NCBI GenBank assembly: GCA_038747195.1
Contig: JBCDKA010000003.1
Span: 20,726-84,725, forward strand
DNA from: Pseudomonadota bacterium
GTDB lineage: Bacteria > Pseudomonadota > Gammaproteobacteria > Xanthomonadales > SZUA-38
DNA length: 64,000 bases
Reading direction: 5' to 3'
The translations under genes were made by a program, and so were the position numbers. Positions 19,093 through 28,414 of the stretch are shown piece by piece (the stretch's first letter is position 1; each line of letters begins with the position of its first letter). Under the pieces are notes generated by a model. That model made no database searches. It was not told the origin of the DNA and saw nothing but the letters and a program-made list of their open reading frames with translations.

Positions 19093-19388
19093 AGCTCCGG
19101 GTCCACAGGCAGGTCGGGCGGAACCTCGGGGAAGCTGTCCATTCGCCGTTCCGTGCGAATCAGCCAGGTGCTGAGCGTGCACGCGCCGGCACAGATCAAC
19201 CAGAAAAAGAAAAAGCCCAGCGAATAGACAGCCTGATTGCTCATCTCCACTTGAAAGACAAAAGCCGCGAGCAGCAGCGCCGGGTCGATCTTGGCGAAAA
19301 ACAGCAGTGTCGCCACGCTGGCCATCAGAAATGAGGGCCAGACGATGACGGCGATGCTGCGTTGGCGCCAGTTCCAGTGTTTAGCCAT
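19089..19388 (-). CDS. Small hypothetical membrane protein (3 predicted TM) between ccoP and ccoG
   Basis: 99 aa and hydrophobic (SIAVIVWPSFLMASVATLLFFA; AVYSLGFFFFWLICAGACTLSTWLI). Translationally coupled to ccoG by ATGA. No family recognised. Confidence 0.5.
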   Translation of the reverse strand: MAKHWNWRQRSIAVIVWPSFLMASVATLLFFAKIDPALLLAAFVFQVEMSNQAVYSLGFFFFWLICAGACTLSTWLIRTERRMDSFPEVPPDLPVDPEL

Positions 19389-19440
19389 GGTCGATCGGTG
19401 CCTTAGCGCTCAGCGGCCGGGCTGACGCCCGCCCTCGGCT

Positions 19441-20364
19441 TCAGGGCGCTCCGGTGGCGTTGGTCTCGCCGCCGCCGAGAGACATGACGTACGCCACGAG
19501 CAGCTTGATTTCCTCCTCGCTGAGCAGCGTCTGGTGAGCGGGCATCACGCCGTTTCTGCCGACCGCAATCGTCTCGTACAGCGCGTCGTCGGAGTTGCCG
19601 TAGAGCCAGATGCCGTCGGTCAGATTGGGCGCGCCCAGCGCCTGCATGCCGGTGCCGGTGGCGCCGTGACAGGCAATACACACCGTGTTGTAGCGGGCTT
19701 GGCCTTCGCCTGCCATCGCCGCGTCGTGGTCCATCCCGGACAGCGACTTCACGTACTCCATGGTCTGGCGAACGCCTTCGTCACCGCCGAGGGCAGCAGC
19801 CCAGCCCGGCATCAGCCCTTGACGCCCCAGGGTGATCGAGTGGGTCAGCACCTGCGGGGAGTCACCGTAAAGCCAGTCGTTGTCGGTGAGGTTCGGGAAA
19901 CCGACCGCGCCCCGCGCGTCCGATCCGTGGCAGGTTGCACAGTTGGCGCCATAGAGCCGGCCGGCGATGTCCATGCCGTCGGCATGCTGGCTCAGCGCCT
20001 TGTAATCCAACGCTGCCAGCGATGCAAATTTCTCCTGGTAGACCGCGTCGATTCGGGCGCGCTCAGCCTGGTATTGGCCTTTCTGGCTCCAGCCGCCCAC
20101 GCCTGGGTAAGCGCCCAGCCCCGGGTAGTAAACCAGATAGCCCAGCCCCCAGATGATGGTGCCGACGAAGAGGTACAGCCACCAGCGCGGCAGCGGGTTG
20201 TTCCGCTCGCAAAGGTCTTCGTCCCAGGTGTGGTCCAGGGTGTCGCTGTTGGCCTTCGCCGCGTCACCCTGACGAGAAGACCAGAGGATCAGCCAGATAC
20301 AGGCAATGATATTAATCAGTGTGATCGCCGCCACATACCAGTGCCAGCCGCTGCTCATCGTCAT
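19441..20364 (-). CDS. ccoP: cbb3-type cytochrome c oxidase subunit III (diheme CcoP)
   Basis: N-terminal TM, two CxxCH heme c sites (CATCHG, CIACHG), each followed by a distal Met region. Confidence 0.92.
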   Translation of the reverse strand: MTMSSGWHWYVAAITLINIIACIWLILWSSRQGDAAKANSDTLDHTWDEDLCERNNPLPRWWLYLFVGTIIWGLGYLVYYPGLGAYPGVGGWSQKGQYQAERARIDAVYQEKFASLAALDYKALSQHADGMDIAGRLYGANCATCHGSDARGAVGFPNLTDNDWLYGDSPQVLTHSITLGRQGLMPGWAAALGGDEGVRQTMEYVKSLSGMDHDAAMAGEGQARYNTVCIACHGATGTGMQALGAPNLTDGIWLYGNSDDALYETIAVGRNGVMPAHQTLLSEEEIKLLVAYVMSLGGGETNATGAP

Positions 20365-20582
20365 TGGTTGTTTCCTTCCATTTCCCAGTCGGAGCGGCGC
20401 GTTTGCACACTTTCGCTCCAGTTGTCTTCCGGTTGGTCATCCAGCGGCATCCGGGATGCCTCCTCAAACTCCCCTTCGCGTCGGGTGCTGTAGGCCCAGA
20501 AAACCATGCCGATAAACGCACCCAGCAATACGGCGGTGATGATGCCGCGAATCAGACCCAGGTCGAGTGCTTCAGCCATCAT
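20361..20582 (-). CDS. ccoQ: cbb3-type cytochrome c oxidase subunit CcoQ
   Basis: 73 aa, single TM ([21 protein letters not shown]). ATGA overlaps with both the ccoO stop and the ccoP start. Confidence 0.8.
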   Translation of the reverse strand: MMAEALDLGLIRGIITAVLLGAFIGMVFWAYSTRREGEFEEASRMPLDDQPEDNWSESVQTRRSDWEMEGNNQ

Positions 20583-21262
20583 TGGGCACCTCCTGCGCCG
20601 GCATCACCGGCAGCTGGTGAACCGGCGTCTGCCACCGGCTGACCTTGCTGGCGCAGGGCGCCACGGCCGATGTTGGTGCCCAGCCCCTGCAGGTAGGCAA
20701 TCAGGGCCTCCATCTCGGTTACGCCCTCGAGGGCGGCGGGAGCGCCGCCAATTTCCTCGTCGCTGTAGGGGTGGCCTAAGGTCCGGAGCGCGTTCATCCG
20801 CCCCGCGATCACCTCGCCGTCGATCACTGCGGTACTTAACCAGGGATAACCCGGCATGTTGGATTCGGGCACCACGTCGCGCGGGTTGATCAGGTGCACC
20901 TGGTGCCATTGATCGCTGTAGCGACCGCCGACCCTAGCCAGGTCCGGCCCGGTCCGCTTCGAACCCCACTGGAAGGGACGGTCATAGACCGATTCGCCGG
21001 CCAGCGAATAGTGGCCGTAGCGCTCTGTCTCGCTGCGAAACGGGCGAACCTGCTGCGAATGGCACACGTAGCAGCCTTCCCGGACGTAGATGTCTCTGCC
21101 GGCCAGCTGGATCGGCGTGTAGGGCTCGATGCCCTCGGCGGGTTCGATAATCTGCGCCTGGGTTGCCAGCGGAACAATCTCGACCAGGCCGGCCACGCTG
21201 ATCACCGCGATGATCAGGATGCCCATCAGGCCAACGTTCTTCTCAATCTTTTCGTGTTTCAT
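20579..21262 (-). CDS. ccoO: cbb3-type cytochrome c oxidase subunit II (monoheme CcoO)
   Basis: [10 protein letters not shown]-terminus, CYVCHSQ heme site and [19 protein letters not shown] motif. Has an unusual Gly/Ala/Gln-rich C-terminal extension. Confidence 0.92.
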   Translation of the reverse strand: MKHEKIEKNVGLMGILIIAVISVAGLVEIVPLATQAQIIEPAEGIEPYTPIQLAGRDIYVREGCYVCHSQQVRPFRSETERYGHYSLAGESVYDRPFQWGSKRTGPDLARVGGRYSDQWHQVHLINPRDVVPESNMPGYPWLSTAVIDGEVIAGRMNALRTLGHPYSDEEIGGAPAALEGVTEMEALIAYLQGLGTNIGRGALRQQGQPVADAGSPAAGDAGAGGAQ

Positions 21263-21274
21263 TTGCAGCTTGCC

Positions 21275-22726
21275 TTATGTTGCCGTTGCGGGAGCCAGCA
21301 CCGGGCTCTCGTCAGAGCTGGAGGCCTTAACCGTCTTCCAGACGTTCCAGGCCATCAGGAACATACCGACCAGCACCAGCAGTCCGCCGCCGAGGCGCAT
21401 CAGGTAGTACGGGTAGGTCACGACCAGCGACTCGATGAACGTGTAGGTCAGCGTGCCGTCAGGGTTGGTGGCCCGCCACATCAGTCCCTGGGAAATACCG
21501 GCGATCCACATGGAAACCGTGTAGAGCACGATGCCGATTGTGGTGGTCCAGAAGTGCACGTTGATCATCGGGATGCTGTACATCTGTTCTTTGCCGAAGA
21601 CCCGCGGAATCAGGCAGTACATGGCGCCGACCGTCATCATCGCGACCCAGCCAAGAGCGCCGGAGTGCACGTGGCCAATCGTCCAGTCGGTGTAGTGGGA
21701 CAGCGCGTTGACGGTCTTGATCGACATCATCGGCCCTTCGAAGGTCGACATGCCGTAGAACGACAGTGACACGATCATGAACTTGAGAATCGGGTCGTCC
21801 CGCAGCTTGTCCCACGCGCCGCTGAGCGTCATGATCCCGTTGATCATGCCGCCCCAGCTCGGTGCCAGCAGGATCAGTGAGAACACCATGCCGAGAGACT
21901 GGGCCCAGTCGGGGACCGAGGTGTAGTGCAGGTGGTGTGGACCGGCCCACATGTAGATCGAGATCAGGGCCCAGAAGTGCACGACGGACAACCGATAGGA
22001 GTAGATGGGTCGGTTGGCCTGCTTGGGCACGTAGTAGTACATCATGCCCAAGAAGCCGGCGGTCAGGAAAAAGCCCACCGCGTTGTGTCCGTACCACCAC
22101 TGCACCATCGCGTCGATGGCGCCCGAATAGATCGGGTAGGAATGCGTCAAACTGGTAGGTATGGCCAGACTGTTGACGATATGCAGCACCGCAACCGTCA
22201 GGATGAACGCCGCGTAGAACCAGTTCGCCACATAGATGTGTTTGACCTGGCGCTTGGCGATCGTGCCGAAGAAGACGATGGCGTAGGCGACCCAGACAAC
22301 GGCGATCAGCAAATCGATCGGCCAGATCAGTTCAGCGTATTCTTTACTTTGGGTAAGCCCTAGCGGCAGGGACACCGCAGCCGCCACGATGACCAGCTGC
22401 CAGCCCCAAAACACGAAGCTGGCGAGCCCGTCTGCAAAGAGCCGCGTGTGGCAGGTGCGCTGAACCACGTGAAAGGACGTGGCCATCAGCGCGGTTCCGC
22501 CGAACGCAAAGATCACCGCGTTGGTGTGCAGCGGCCTCAATCGACTGTAGGTCAGCCAGGGCAGATCGAAGTTCAGCGCGGGCCAGTAAAGCTGGGCGGC
22601 GATCAATACGCCAACCGTCATTCCGACGATGCCCCAGACCACGGTCATGATCGCCATTTTGCGGACGATCGCGTCATTGTACGTAGCGGCTTGAGTGTTC
22701 ATGGGGCGCATTGTCCGGGCACTCAA
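21275..22726 (-). CDS. ccoN: cbb3-type cytochrome c oxidase subunit I (CcoN)
   Basis: 12-TM heme-copper oxidase. [16 protein letters not shown] and [10 protein letters not shown] motifs. Start uncertain: TTG 22726, or ATG 22711 / 22702. Confidence 0.92.
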   Translation of the reverse strand: MSARTMRPMNTQAATYNDAIVRKMAIMTVVWGIVGMTVGVLIAAQLYWPALNFDLPWLTYSRLRPLHTNAVIFAFGGTALMATSFHVVQRTCHTRLFADGLASFVFWGWQLVIVAAAVSLPLGLTQSKEYAELIWPIDLLIAVVWVAYAIVFFGTIAKRQVKHIYVANWFYAAFILTVAVLHIVNSLAIPTSLTHSYPIYSGAIDAMVQWWYGHNAVGFFLTAGFLGMMYYYVPKQANRPIYSYRLSVVHFWALISIYMWAGPHHLHYTSVPDWAQSLGMVFSLILLAPSWGGMINGIMTLSGAWDKLRDDPILKFMIVSLSFYGMSTFEGPMMSIKTVNALSHYTDWTIGHVHSGALGWVAMMTVGAMYCLIPRVFGKEQMYSIPMINVHFWTTTIGIVLYTVSMWIAGISQGLMWRATNPDGTLTYTFIESLVVTYPYYLMRLGGGLLVLVGMFLMAWNVWKTVKASSSDESPVLAPATAT

Positions 22727-22834
22727 CCGAGTAACCCATCCGCAAAGCCCGCATCACATTTCGGTAACTACGTAGCGCCGTTTGGGCACGGTTCAAGATT
22801 CATTGACTTGGGCGTGTGGTCGTGCGAGTCGAAA

Positions 22835-22852
22835 TGTTATAGTCCTATAACA
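22835..22852. promoter_or_regulatory. Perfect 8+2+8 palindrome TGTTATAG-TC-CTATAACA in the ccoN / membrane-protein divergent region (candidate operator)
   Basis: Read directly from the sequence. AT-rich in a GC-rich genome. 30 bp upstream of ATG 22882 and overlapping TATAGT / TATAAC -10-like hexamers. Confidence 0.3.
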
Positions 22853-22881
22853 ATTCGTGAATTAAGCAACGGAGTCGATTC

Positions 22882-23565
22882 ATGGGGATCAGCGAACTGG
22901 CGGTTCTTCGCTGGCTGCACATCGTGGCTATGGTTTACTGGCTCGGCGGCGAGTGGGGCGTTTTTCAAACGTCTTACAACGTGGTCAACCGAAAGCTCGG
23001 CATGGAGGAGCGTCGGCGGCACATGGAAACCGCCTATCGGATCGATATCCTCGCGCGTACGGGCATTATCCTGCTGCTGCCGCTGGGGCTTCATATGGGC
23101 CATTTCTGGGGCGTCCAGCCGCTGGGCGGCATGTGGCTCACCGGGATGTGGGTCGTTTTCGGGGTTTGGCTGGCGCTGTGCTGGGCCGCCTTCGTTTACC
23201 GTGAGACCGATACCGGGATTCGCCTGACCAAGATCGACGAGGCCATTCGATTTGTCGTGATCCCGGCACTGATCATCTCCGCCATCAGCTCGCTGCTGGG
23301 TTATGGCCCCTTTAAGGCGATGGAAGGCTTTTACTGGTACAGCTGGAAGATCCTGATCTACGCCCTGATGCTGTGCATCGGTTTGTATCTGCGCTTTGTG
23401 ATGCGCGAGTGGACCATGATGTTTCGCGAGCTGGCGGCTCATGGCGACAACCCGGCGGTTGAGAATAAGCTGGAGACGTCGATCCGGAACTCTCGGAAGG
23501 TGGCCTACATGTACTGGGTGGGCATCTTGAGCGTCGCCTTCCTGGGCGCAACAAAGCCTTTCTAG
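22882..23565 (+). CDS. Hypothetical integral membrane protein
   Basis: 227 aa, about 5-6 TM helices (LRWLHIVAMVYWLGGEWGVF...). No family confidently recognised. Confidence 0.6.
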   Translation: MGISELAVLRWLHIVAMVYWLGGEWGVFQTSYNVVNRKLGMEERRRHMETAYRIDILARTGIILLLPLGLHMGHFWGVQPLGGMWLTGMWVVFGVWLALCWAAFVYRETDTGIRLTKIDEAIRFVVIPALIISAISSLLGYGPFKAMEGFYWYSWKILIYALMLCIGLYLRFVMREWTMMFRELAAHGDNPAVENKLETSIRNSRKVAYMYWVGILSVAFLGATKPF

Positions 23566-23575
23566 CGGTCGAACG

Positions 23576-24100
23576 TCAGGCGCGGCCGGGCTCTTTGGCG
23601 ATGTTGAGAAGCGCCTGCCTGAGCTCGGCGCCGCTTGTCGCGAGTTCCCCCAAAAGCCAGGCCCGGATCAGCCCCATCGCCTGCTCGGTGCGGCCGACCG
23701 CCTGGATCGGCGTTAAGGCCGAAACGGTTGTCGTCCGTCGACGCTGTTCCAGCAGCTCGCGCAGGAGGCGGCTGATCTGCTCGCGCCCCCGGCCGCTGAA
23801 CGATCTGCGGGCCCGGTGTCGATTCTCCCAAAGGTGCTCCAGCAGCATCTCCATGTCGTCGGGGCTCCCCTCGCCGGCCAGGGCCGCAGCGAGGATCGAC
23901 AGCGGGTAGGAAAACGCCGCCAGAAACACCTGCTGCGCATTGCCGAAGTGTTCGTAGAAGGTTGAGCGCCCCACGTTGGCGCGCGCCACGATGTCCGCCA
24001 CCCGGATATCGTCCAGTTCCCCCTCGAAGAACAGCTCGTTGAAGGCCTGAATAATCGCTTTACGGGTCCGCTGCTTGCGTCGGTCGAACACTTCGGTCAT
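23576..24100 (-). CDS. TetR/AcrR family transcriptional regulator
   Basis: RKQRTRKAIIQAFNELFFEGELDDIRVADIVARANVGRSTFYEHF is a TetR N-terminal HTH. ATG 24100 chosen; the ORF-track start 24247 overlaps the divergent gene. Confidence 0.78.
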   Translation of the reverse strand: MTEVFDRRKQRTRKAIIQAFNELFFEGELDDIRVADIVARANVGRSTFYEHFGNAQQVFLAAFSYPLSILAAALAGEGSPDDMEMLLEHLWENRHRARRSFSGRGREQISRLLRELLEQRRRTTTVSALTPIQAVGRTEQAMGLIRAWLLGELATSGAELRQALLNIAKEPGRA

Positions 24101-24137
24101 GCGTTTGTTTCCGGACAATTGGGCCTCGATGTCCGGT

Positions 24138-24165
24138 AACAGACACTCGGGTCGCAGCGTCTGTT
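24138..24165. promoter_or_regulatory. Inverted repeat AACAGAC-N14-GTCTGTT in the TetR / membrane-protein divergent region (candidate TetR operator)
   Basis: Seen directly, between ATG 24100 (minus) and ATG 24225 (plus). Confidence 0.25.
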
Positions 24166-24224
24166 GGATGAGGCGGTGGGTCTCGGGCACCCTTTCATGG
24201 CATTCATGACAGCGCGGAGCAGCA

Positions 24225-24863
24225 ATGGACGGACAAGAAGCTAACACAGTCGAGGTCGGAGCCCGGACGTATCATCAGAAGAGTTTTGGCTACCTGCTGG
24301 TAGCCGCAGCCCTGGGCACCGTCTTTTTTATGGCGCATCACCCCACCAGCTTCGACGGCATGACCGGCATTGCGGGAATGGTTCACGGGGTCATGCTGGT
24401 CATGGTCATTGCCCTCGCTACCGGGCTGACCCATTTTGCGATGGGGCTCGGGCTGGGCCACCTCCCGGTCCTGGCCGGCCTTGTTTGCTACCTCGCCGCG
24501 ACAATCGGCAACAGCCTGGCCGCGGTGGTGAACGGGTTCGTTTTCCCAAGCCTGGCGGCTCGCGGTGAGGAGGAAATCGGTCACGATATTTTCGACTTTG
24601 CCTGGGACCTGAACCAGGCGCTGGCGAAGCTGGCGGTGTTTGCCGTGGCGGCCGCTTACCTCCTGTGGTCGGTTCAGCTGCTCAGAACGTCACCTCGGCA
24701 CCCTGTCCTGGCCGGGCTTGGCTTGCTGACGGCCGCCGTGCCCATCGCGGTTCTGATCTTGGGCGGCAACGCAATGCACGTGTCCACGGCGCTGGCGATT
24801 TATACGATTCAGGTATTCTGGGCCGCCTGTGTCGGCGTGACGATGATCCGAGGCGGCCGGTAA
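24225..24863 (+). CDS. Hypothetical integral membrane protein (divergent from the TetR gene)
   Basis: 212 aa, about 6 TM helices. No family recognised. Confidence 0.55.
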   Translation: MDGQEANTVEVGARTYHQKSFGYLLVAAALGTVFFMAHHPTSFDGMTGIAGMVHGVMLVMVIALATGLTHFAMGLGLGHLPVLAGLVCYLAATIGNSLAAVVNGFVFPSLAARGEEEIGHDIFDFAWDLNQALAKLAVFAVAAAYLLWSVQLLRTSPRHPVLAGLGLLTAAVPIAVLILGGNAMHVSTALAIYTIQVFWAACVGVTMIRGGR

Positions 24864-24881
24864 GAGCTTTGCGCAGCACCG

Positions 24882-25244
24882 ATGAATGAAAAAATCCAAA
24901 ATGATCCGAACGCGGAGCGCGTTCGTCGACTGGCGCTTTCGCTACCCGCAGCGGAGGAGAGACCCCATTTCGATCGGTCGTCCTTTCGCGTGAAAAACAA
25001 GATCTTTGCCACGGTCGGGCATCCGCCCGGTCGCTGTGTCGTCAAGCTTTCCACGGCTGACCGCGAGGCGCTGCTGGCCACCCATCCGGACCGCTTTCAC
25101 GACGTTGGCTGGGCCGCTCAGGGTTGGCTCGGCGTGAGTCTCGAAGGGCTGTCCGATGAGCGGCTGTCGGACCTGCTGAGGACGGCCTGGCGTCAGGTGG
25201 CGCCCGCCACGCTCGTCAAAGCCCATCCAGAGCTGGAGCCCTGA
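24882..25244 (+). CDS. MmcQ/YjbR family DNA-binding protein
   Basis: 120 aa. LALSLPAAEERPHFDRSSFRVKNKIFATV fits the YjbR-like family. Confidence 0.7.
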   Translation: MNEKIQNDPNAERVRRLALSLPAAEERPHFDRSSFRVKNKIFATVGHPPGRCVVKLSTADREALLATHPDRFHDVGWAAQGWLGVSLEGLSDERLSDLLRTAWRQVAPATLVKAHPELEP

Positions 25245-25262
25245 CATAAGGTCAACCTCGAT

Positions 25263-27092
25263 ATGACTTCAATCGTCCTTAAACGCTTCGGTCTCATCTT
25301 TTTTGCGGTGCTGCTGGGACCGGCGCATGCCGGCGCAGCCGAAACGGAGAAAACGCCGCCGCGAGAGATCGCCCTGACTTTCGATGACGCCCCTCGACCG
25401 GATGGCATGATGTTTACCGGTTCCGAGCGCACTCGGGAACTGATCAAGGCGCTGCGCGAGGCGAACGTGACCGGTGCGATGTTTTTTGCCAACTCCGACA
25501 AGCTGGATAAGCCTGCCGCCGTGGTGCGCCTTCGACAGTACGCCGAGGCGGGGCACGACATCGCCAACCACTCGCACAGTCATCCCTCTGCCAATCGGGT
25601 CACGCCAGAGGTGTTTCTCGCCGACGTAGCTGAGGCCCACCAGGTGCTGTCGAGGCTGCCGTCGTATGTCCCGCTGTTTCGCTATCCGTATCTGCACGAA
25701 GGCCGGCCGCGCGAGCGGCGCGACGCCATCGTCGAGGGACTCAAGGAACTGGGTTTGAGCAACGGCTACGTCACCATCGACAACTACGACTGGTATCTGG
25801 AGGCGCTGCTGGGTGAGCAGCGTCGGCTTGGCATCACTTTCGATCGCGATGCGTGGCGCGAGGTGTATCTGTCGGTATTGATGCAGGGAATCGAGTTCTA
25901 CGATCGGATCGCCGTGGAAACGCTGGGTCGATCACCGCGCCACGTGCTGCTCCTGCACGAAAACGATCTCGCCGCGCTATTCATCGGTGATCTGGTGAAG
26001 GCGCTGCGAGAAGCAGGCTGGCGGATTATTCCGGCGATACAGGCCTATGAAGACCCCATCGCCGCTGAGCAGCCCGATACGCTGTTTTTAGGTCAGGGCC
26101 GGGTGGCCGCGCTGGCGCAAGTGGCTGGCGCCCCCGCACGCTGGCTGGTCCATCGGCTGGAGAACGAGGCGGTGCTGCGCGCCGAGCTGGTGCGCCGATC
26201 CATGTTGCCCCCGGCCACGGGAAGCTACCTCGGCGAAGCGTCGCCGGGCCTCGATCCTCAGGTGTTTGCTCCTGGCGTGGTATCGCTGCCGGACCAGTAT
26301 GAATACGGCTCGGTGTTCTCCGCGGACGGCCGGGAGATGTTTTTTGGCGTGGCGCTGGGTGGGCGTGACGAAATCCGCGTCACGCGGTTTGACGGTGAGC
26401 GCTGGACGCCGCCCGAAGTCGTGCTCAGTGACCCAAAGGCCGGTTTCAACGATCCGATGTTTTCACCGGATCAATCACGGCTGTATTTCATCACCACCCG
26501 GGCCGCGAATGGCGTCCGACAAGACACCTACGATATCGGATACATCGAACGCCGCAGGGATGGCTGGAGTGATCCACGGCTTCTGCCCGCGCCCGTCAAT
26601 ACCGCCGGTCACGAGTACTACGCATCGTTTACGAACCTCGGGACGCTGGCATTTGCCTCGACGATGCACACCAATGACCTGGACAACCCCGATCTTTACC
26701 TGGCCGCGGGCGTAGAGAGCCGAACTGAGGTGACCGTGACCCAGCTGCCCGAATCGGTAAACAGCCCGTCCTTCGACGCCGATCCTTTTATCGCCGCCGA
26801 CGGCAGCTATCTGATCTTTTCCAGCACGCGAGCCGGTGGTGAGGGGCGCGGAGATCTGTACGTGACTTTTCGCTGGGAGGATGCCTCCTGGGGTGATGCG
26901 GTGCCTCTCGGGCCTGGCATCAATACCGCTGGCCACGAACTCTGCCCTTTTGTGACCTTGGATGGCCGGTACCTGTTCTACACGAGTAACGAAGACATCT
27001 ATTGGGTCTCTAGCGAGGTGCTGACGCCGCTTCGCCGGCGAAGCATCGAGGGCGAATCGGACAAGGTTGCCGGCACCTCCAACTCCCGCTAA
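25263..27092 (+). CDS. Secreted polysaccharide deacetylase (NodB/CE4) fused to a TolB-like PD40 beta-propeller
   Basis: Signal peptide. ALTFDDAPRP and NHSHSHPS NodB motifs. C-terminal repeats FSADGREMFF, FSPDQSRLYF, FIAADGSYLIFSS and FVTLDGRYLFYTS are of PD40 type. Confidence 0.75.
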   Translation: MTSIVLKRFGLIFFAVLLGPAHAGAAETEKTPPREIALTFDDAPRPDGMMFTGSERTRELIKALREANVTGAMFFANSDKLDKPAAVVRLRQYAEAGHDIANHSHSHPSANRVTPEVFLADVAEAHQVLSRLPSYVPLFRYPYLHEGRPRERRDAIVEGLKELGLSNGYVTIDNYDWYLEALLGEQRRLGITFDRDAWREVYLSVLMQGIEFYDRIAVETLGRSPRHVLLLHENDLAALFIGDLVKALREAGWRIIPAIQAYEDPIAAEQPDTLFLGQGRVAALAQVAGAPARWLVHRLENEAVLRAELVRRSMLPPATGSYLGEASPGLDPQVFAPGVVSLPDQYEYGSVFSADGREMFFGVALGGRDEIRVTRFDGERWTPPEVVLSDPKAGFNDPMFSPDQSRLYFITTRAANGVRQDTYDIGYIERRRDGWSDPRLLPAPVNTAGHEYYASFTNLGTLAFASTMHTNDLDNPDLYLAAGVESRTEVTVTQLPESVNSPSFDADPFIAADGSYLIFSSTRAGGEGRGDLYVTFRWEDASWGDAVPLGPGINTAGHELCPFVTLDGRYLFYTSNEDIYWVSSEVLTPLRRRSIEGESDKVAGTSNSR

Positions 27093-27994
27093 GCGGTGGC
27101 CTGCGCCACCGCGGTAATCTTCTCCATGAACTCCCGCCATCCAAAGGGATAGTCGGAGACGTCGGTGAAGCGCGAAAAGCCGGTATGTTCGAGGGTGAGT
27201 CGTGTCTTACCGTCCAGATCTTCCAGTCGCCACGTGACGGTTTGGTCCGGGACGGTTGGATCCATCCGCCAGTCTGGCCAGGAGATCGACAACATCCGAT
27301 TGGGTTCGAAGGCCAGGATTTTCATGGGGGGCGGATTGATCGTTTCGCCGTCCACCTCAAAACTGAAGCCAAAGCCATAGTCGCCGCCTACCCGAGGGTC
27401 GACAAACGGCGCAGGGGCTGGAAACCACTGCTTGATGTACTCGGGCGTTGTCAGCACCGCAAACACCCGTTCGGGGCGGGCATTGATGAATAGCTCACAG
27501 CTCACCACCGGCGCAGGGTCAGCAAAATCCGGTCGAAACAGATCACGTTCGCCCTTGAGGAAAAAACACAGGTTGCCGGTGTGAATTCGCCAAAGATCGT
27601 CGAGCAAGGCCTCCTGACGATTGCCCTCAGGCAGTTGGTCGAACTCATGGGTGACGCTGATGCGCACGCCGGCGTCGTCTCCCGAATCCGGCTCTCGCAG
27701 TGCCCAGGTCACCGTGCTGTCTTGCCCGAGAAAGCGCCACGAGAACGTCAGCGTGGTTGGGGCTTCGACGTTGAGCACGGTCTGATCAACCTCGGCGGCC
27801 GTTGGCATCCCGTAGGTGTGCCGTCCCCAGAAACGAAACGACCCTCCCGGCGAAAGCTGGACGTCAACTTCTTCGGCAAACCATGTCCGAAGCGCGTCGG
27901 GGTCTGTCAGCGCTGCAAACACCGTTTCTAGCGACCCCTCAAGCGAGACCGGATAGTCGTAGTGATACCGAAAGGGCTTCTTACTCTTCGTCAT
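27089..27994 (-). CDS. SRPBCC superfamily protein with two AHSA1-like domains
   Basis: Two repeats of the pattern ...VF.ALTDP..L..WF...GG.F.F (VFAALTDPDALRTWFAEE and VFAVLTTPEYIKQWFPAP). Start overlaps the ArsR gene end, a typical ArsR-SRPBCC pairing. Confidence 0.7.
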   Translation of the reverse strand: MTKSKKPFRYHYDYPVSLEGSLETVFAALTDPDALRTWFAEEVDVQLSPGGSFRFWGRHTYGMPTAAEVDQTVLNVEAPTTLTFSWRFLGQDSTVTWALREPDSGDDAGVRISVTHEFDQLPEGNRQEALLDDLWRIHTGNLCFFLKGERDLFRPDFADPAPVVSCELFINARPERVFAVLTTPEYIKQWFPAPAPFVDPRVGGDYGFGFSFEVDGETINPPPMKILAFEPNRMLSISWPDWRMDPTVPDQTVTWRLEDLDGKTRLTLEHTGFSRFTDVSDYPFGWREFMEKITAVAQATA

Positions 27995-28337
27995 CGGATT
28001 CTTCCTCCTTCAAGTCGGAAAGGTTTTCCGCGACCGCCTTGATGTCGACCATTCGCGCAGACCAGAACAAACGAAAAGGGGCCAGCCACTGGTCAACCTC
28101 AGCGAGGGCCGCCGGTTTCAGCGAGTAATAGCGTCGCTGCGCCACCGCGCGCTGCTGGAGCAGCCCGGCACTGCGAAGGATCCTGACGTGCCTCGCTATG
28201 GCTGGGCGACTGATGGGAAATCGCTTGGCTAGGTCCCCGGCATTAACCTCGCCGTGACGCATCTGATCGAGGATGGCCCGTCGCGTCGGATCGGCGATGG
28301 CCGCAAATACGGTTCGTTCCTGATCTTTTGTAACCAT
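27981..28337 (-). CDS. ArsR/SmtB family transcriptional regulator
   Basis: FAAIADPTRRAILDQMRHGEVNAGDLAKRFPISRPAIARHVRILRSAGLL is a canonical ArsR wHTH. Confidence 0.87.
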   Translation of the reverse strand: MVTKDQERTVFAAIADPTRRAILDQMRHGEVNAGDLAKRFPISRPAIARHVRILRSAGLLQQRAVAQRRYYSLKPAALAEVDQWLAPFRLFWSARMVDIKAVAENLSDLKEEESDDEE

Positions 28338-28414
28338 TCGGTTAAATTAAAACACAATACTCGCCGGCACAAGTCTTGAAACGTTTTTGCCGCGCGAGTT
28401 GCGCGGCTAGCAGG

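Noticed and set aside
22727-22881. FNR/Anr/FixK anaerobox (TTGAT-N4-ATCAA) upstream of ccoN
   Set aside because: I scanned both strands by eye. The nearest sequences (TTGGGCACGGTTCAA; TCAATGAATCTTGA on the minus strand) have the wrong spacing or the wrong half-site orientation. A computational PWM scan would be needed to exclude a degenerate site.
28384-28407. Stem-loop GCCGCGC-GAGTT-GCGCGGC just downstream of the methyltransferase gene, considered as a terminator
   Set aside because: The T-run lies 5' of the hairpin on the plus strand, so it reads as an A-run after the hairpin on the transcribed minus strand. It is therefore not a canonical intrinsic terminator in either direction, though it may still be an mRNA-stabilising hairpin.
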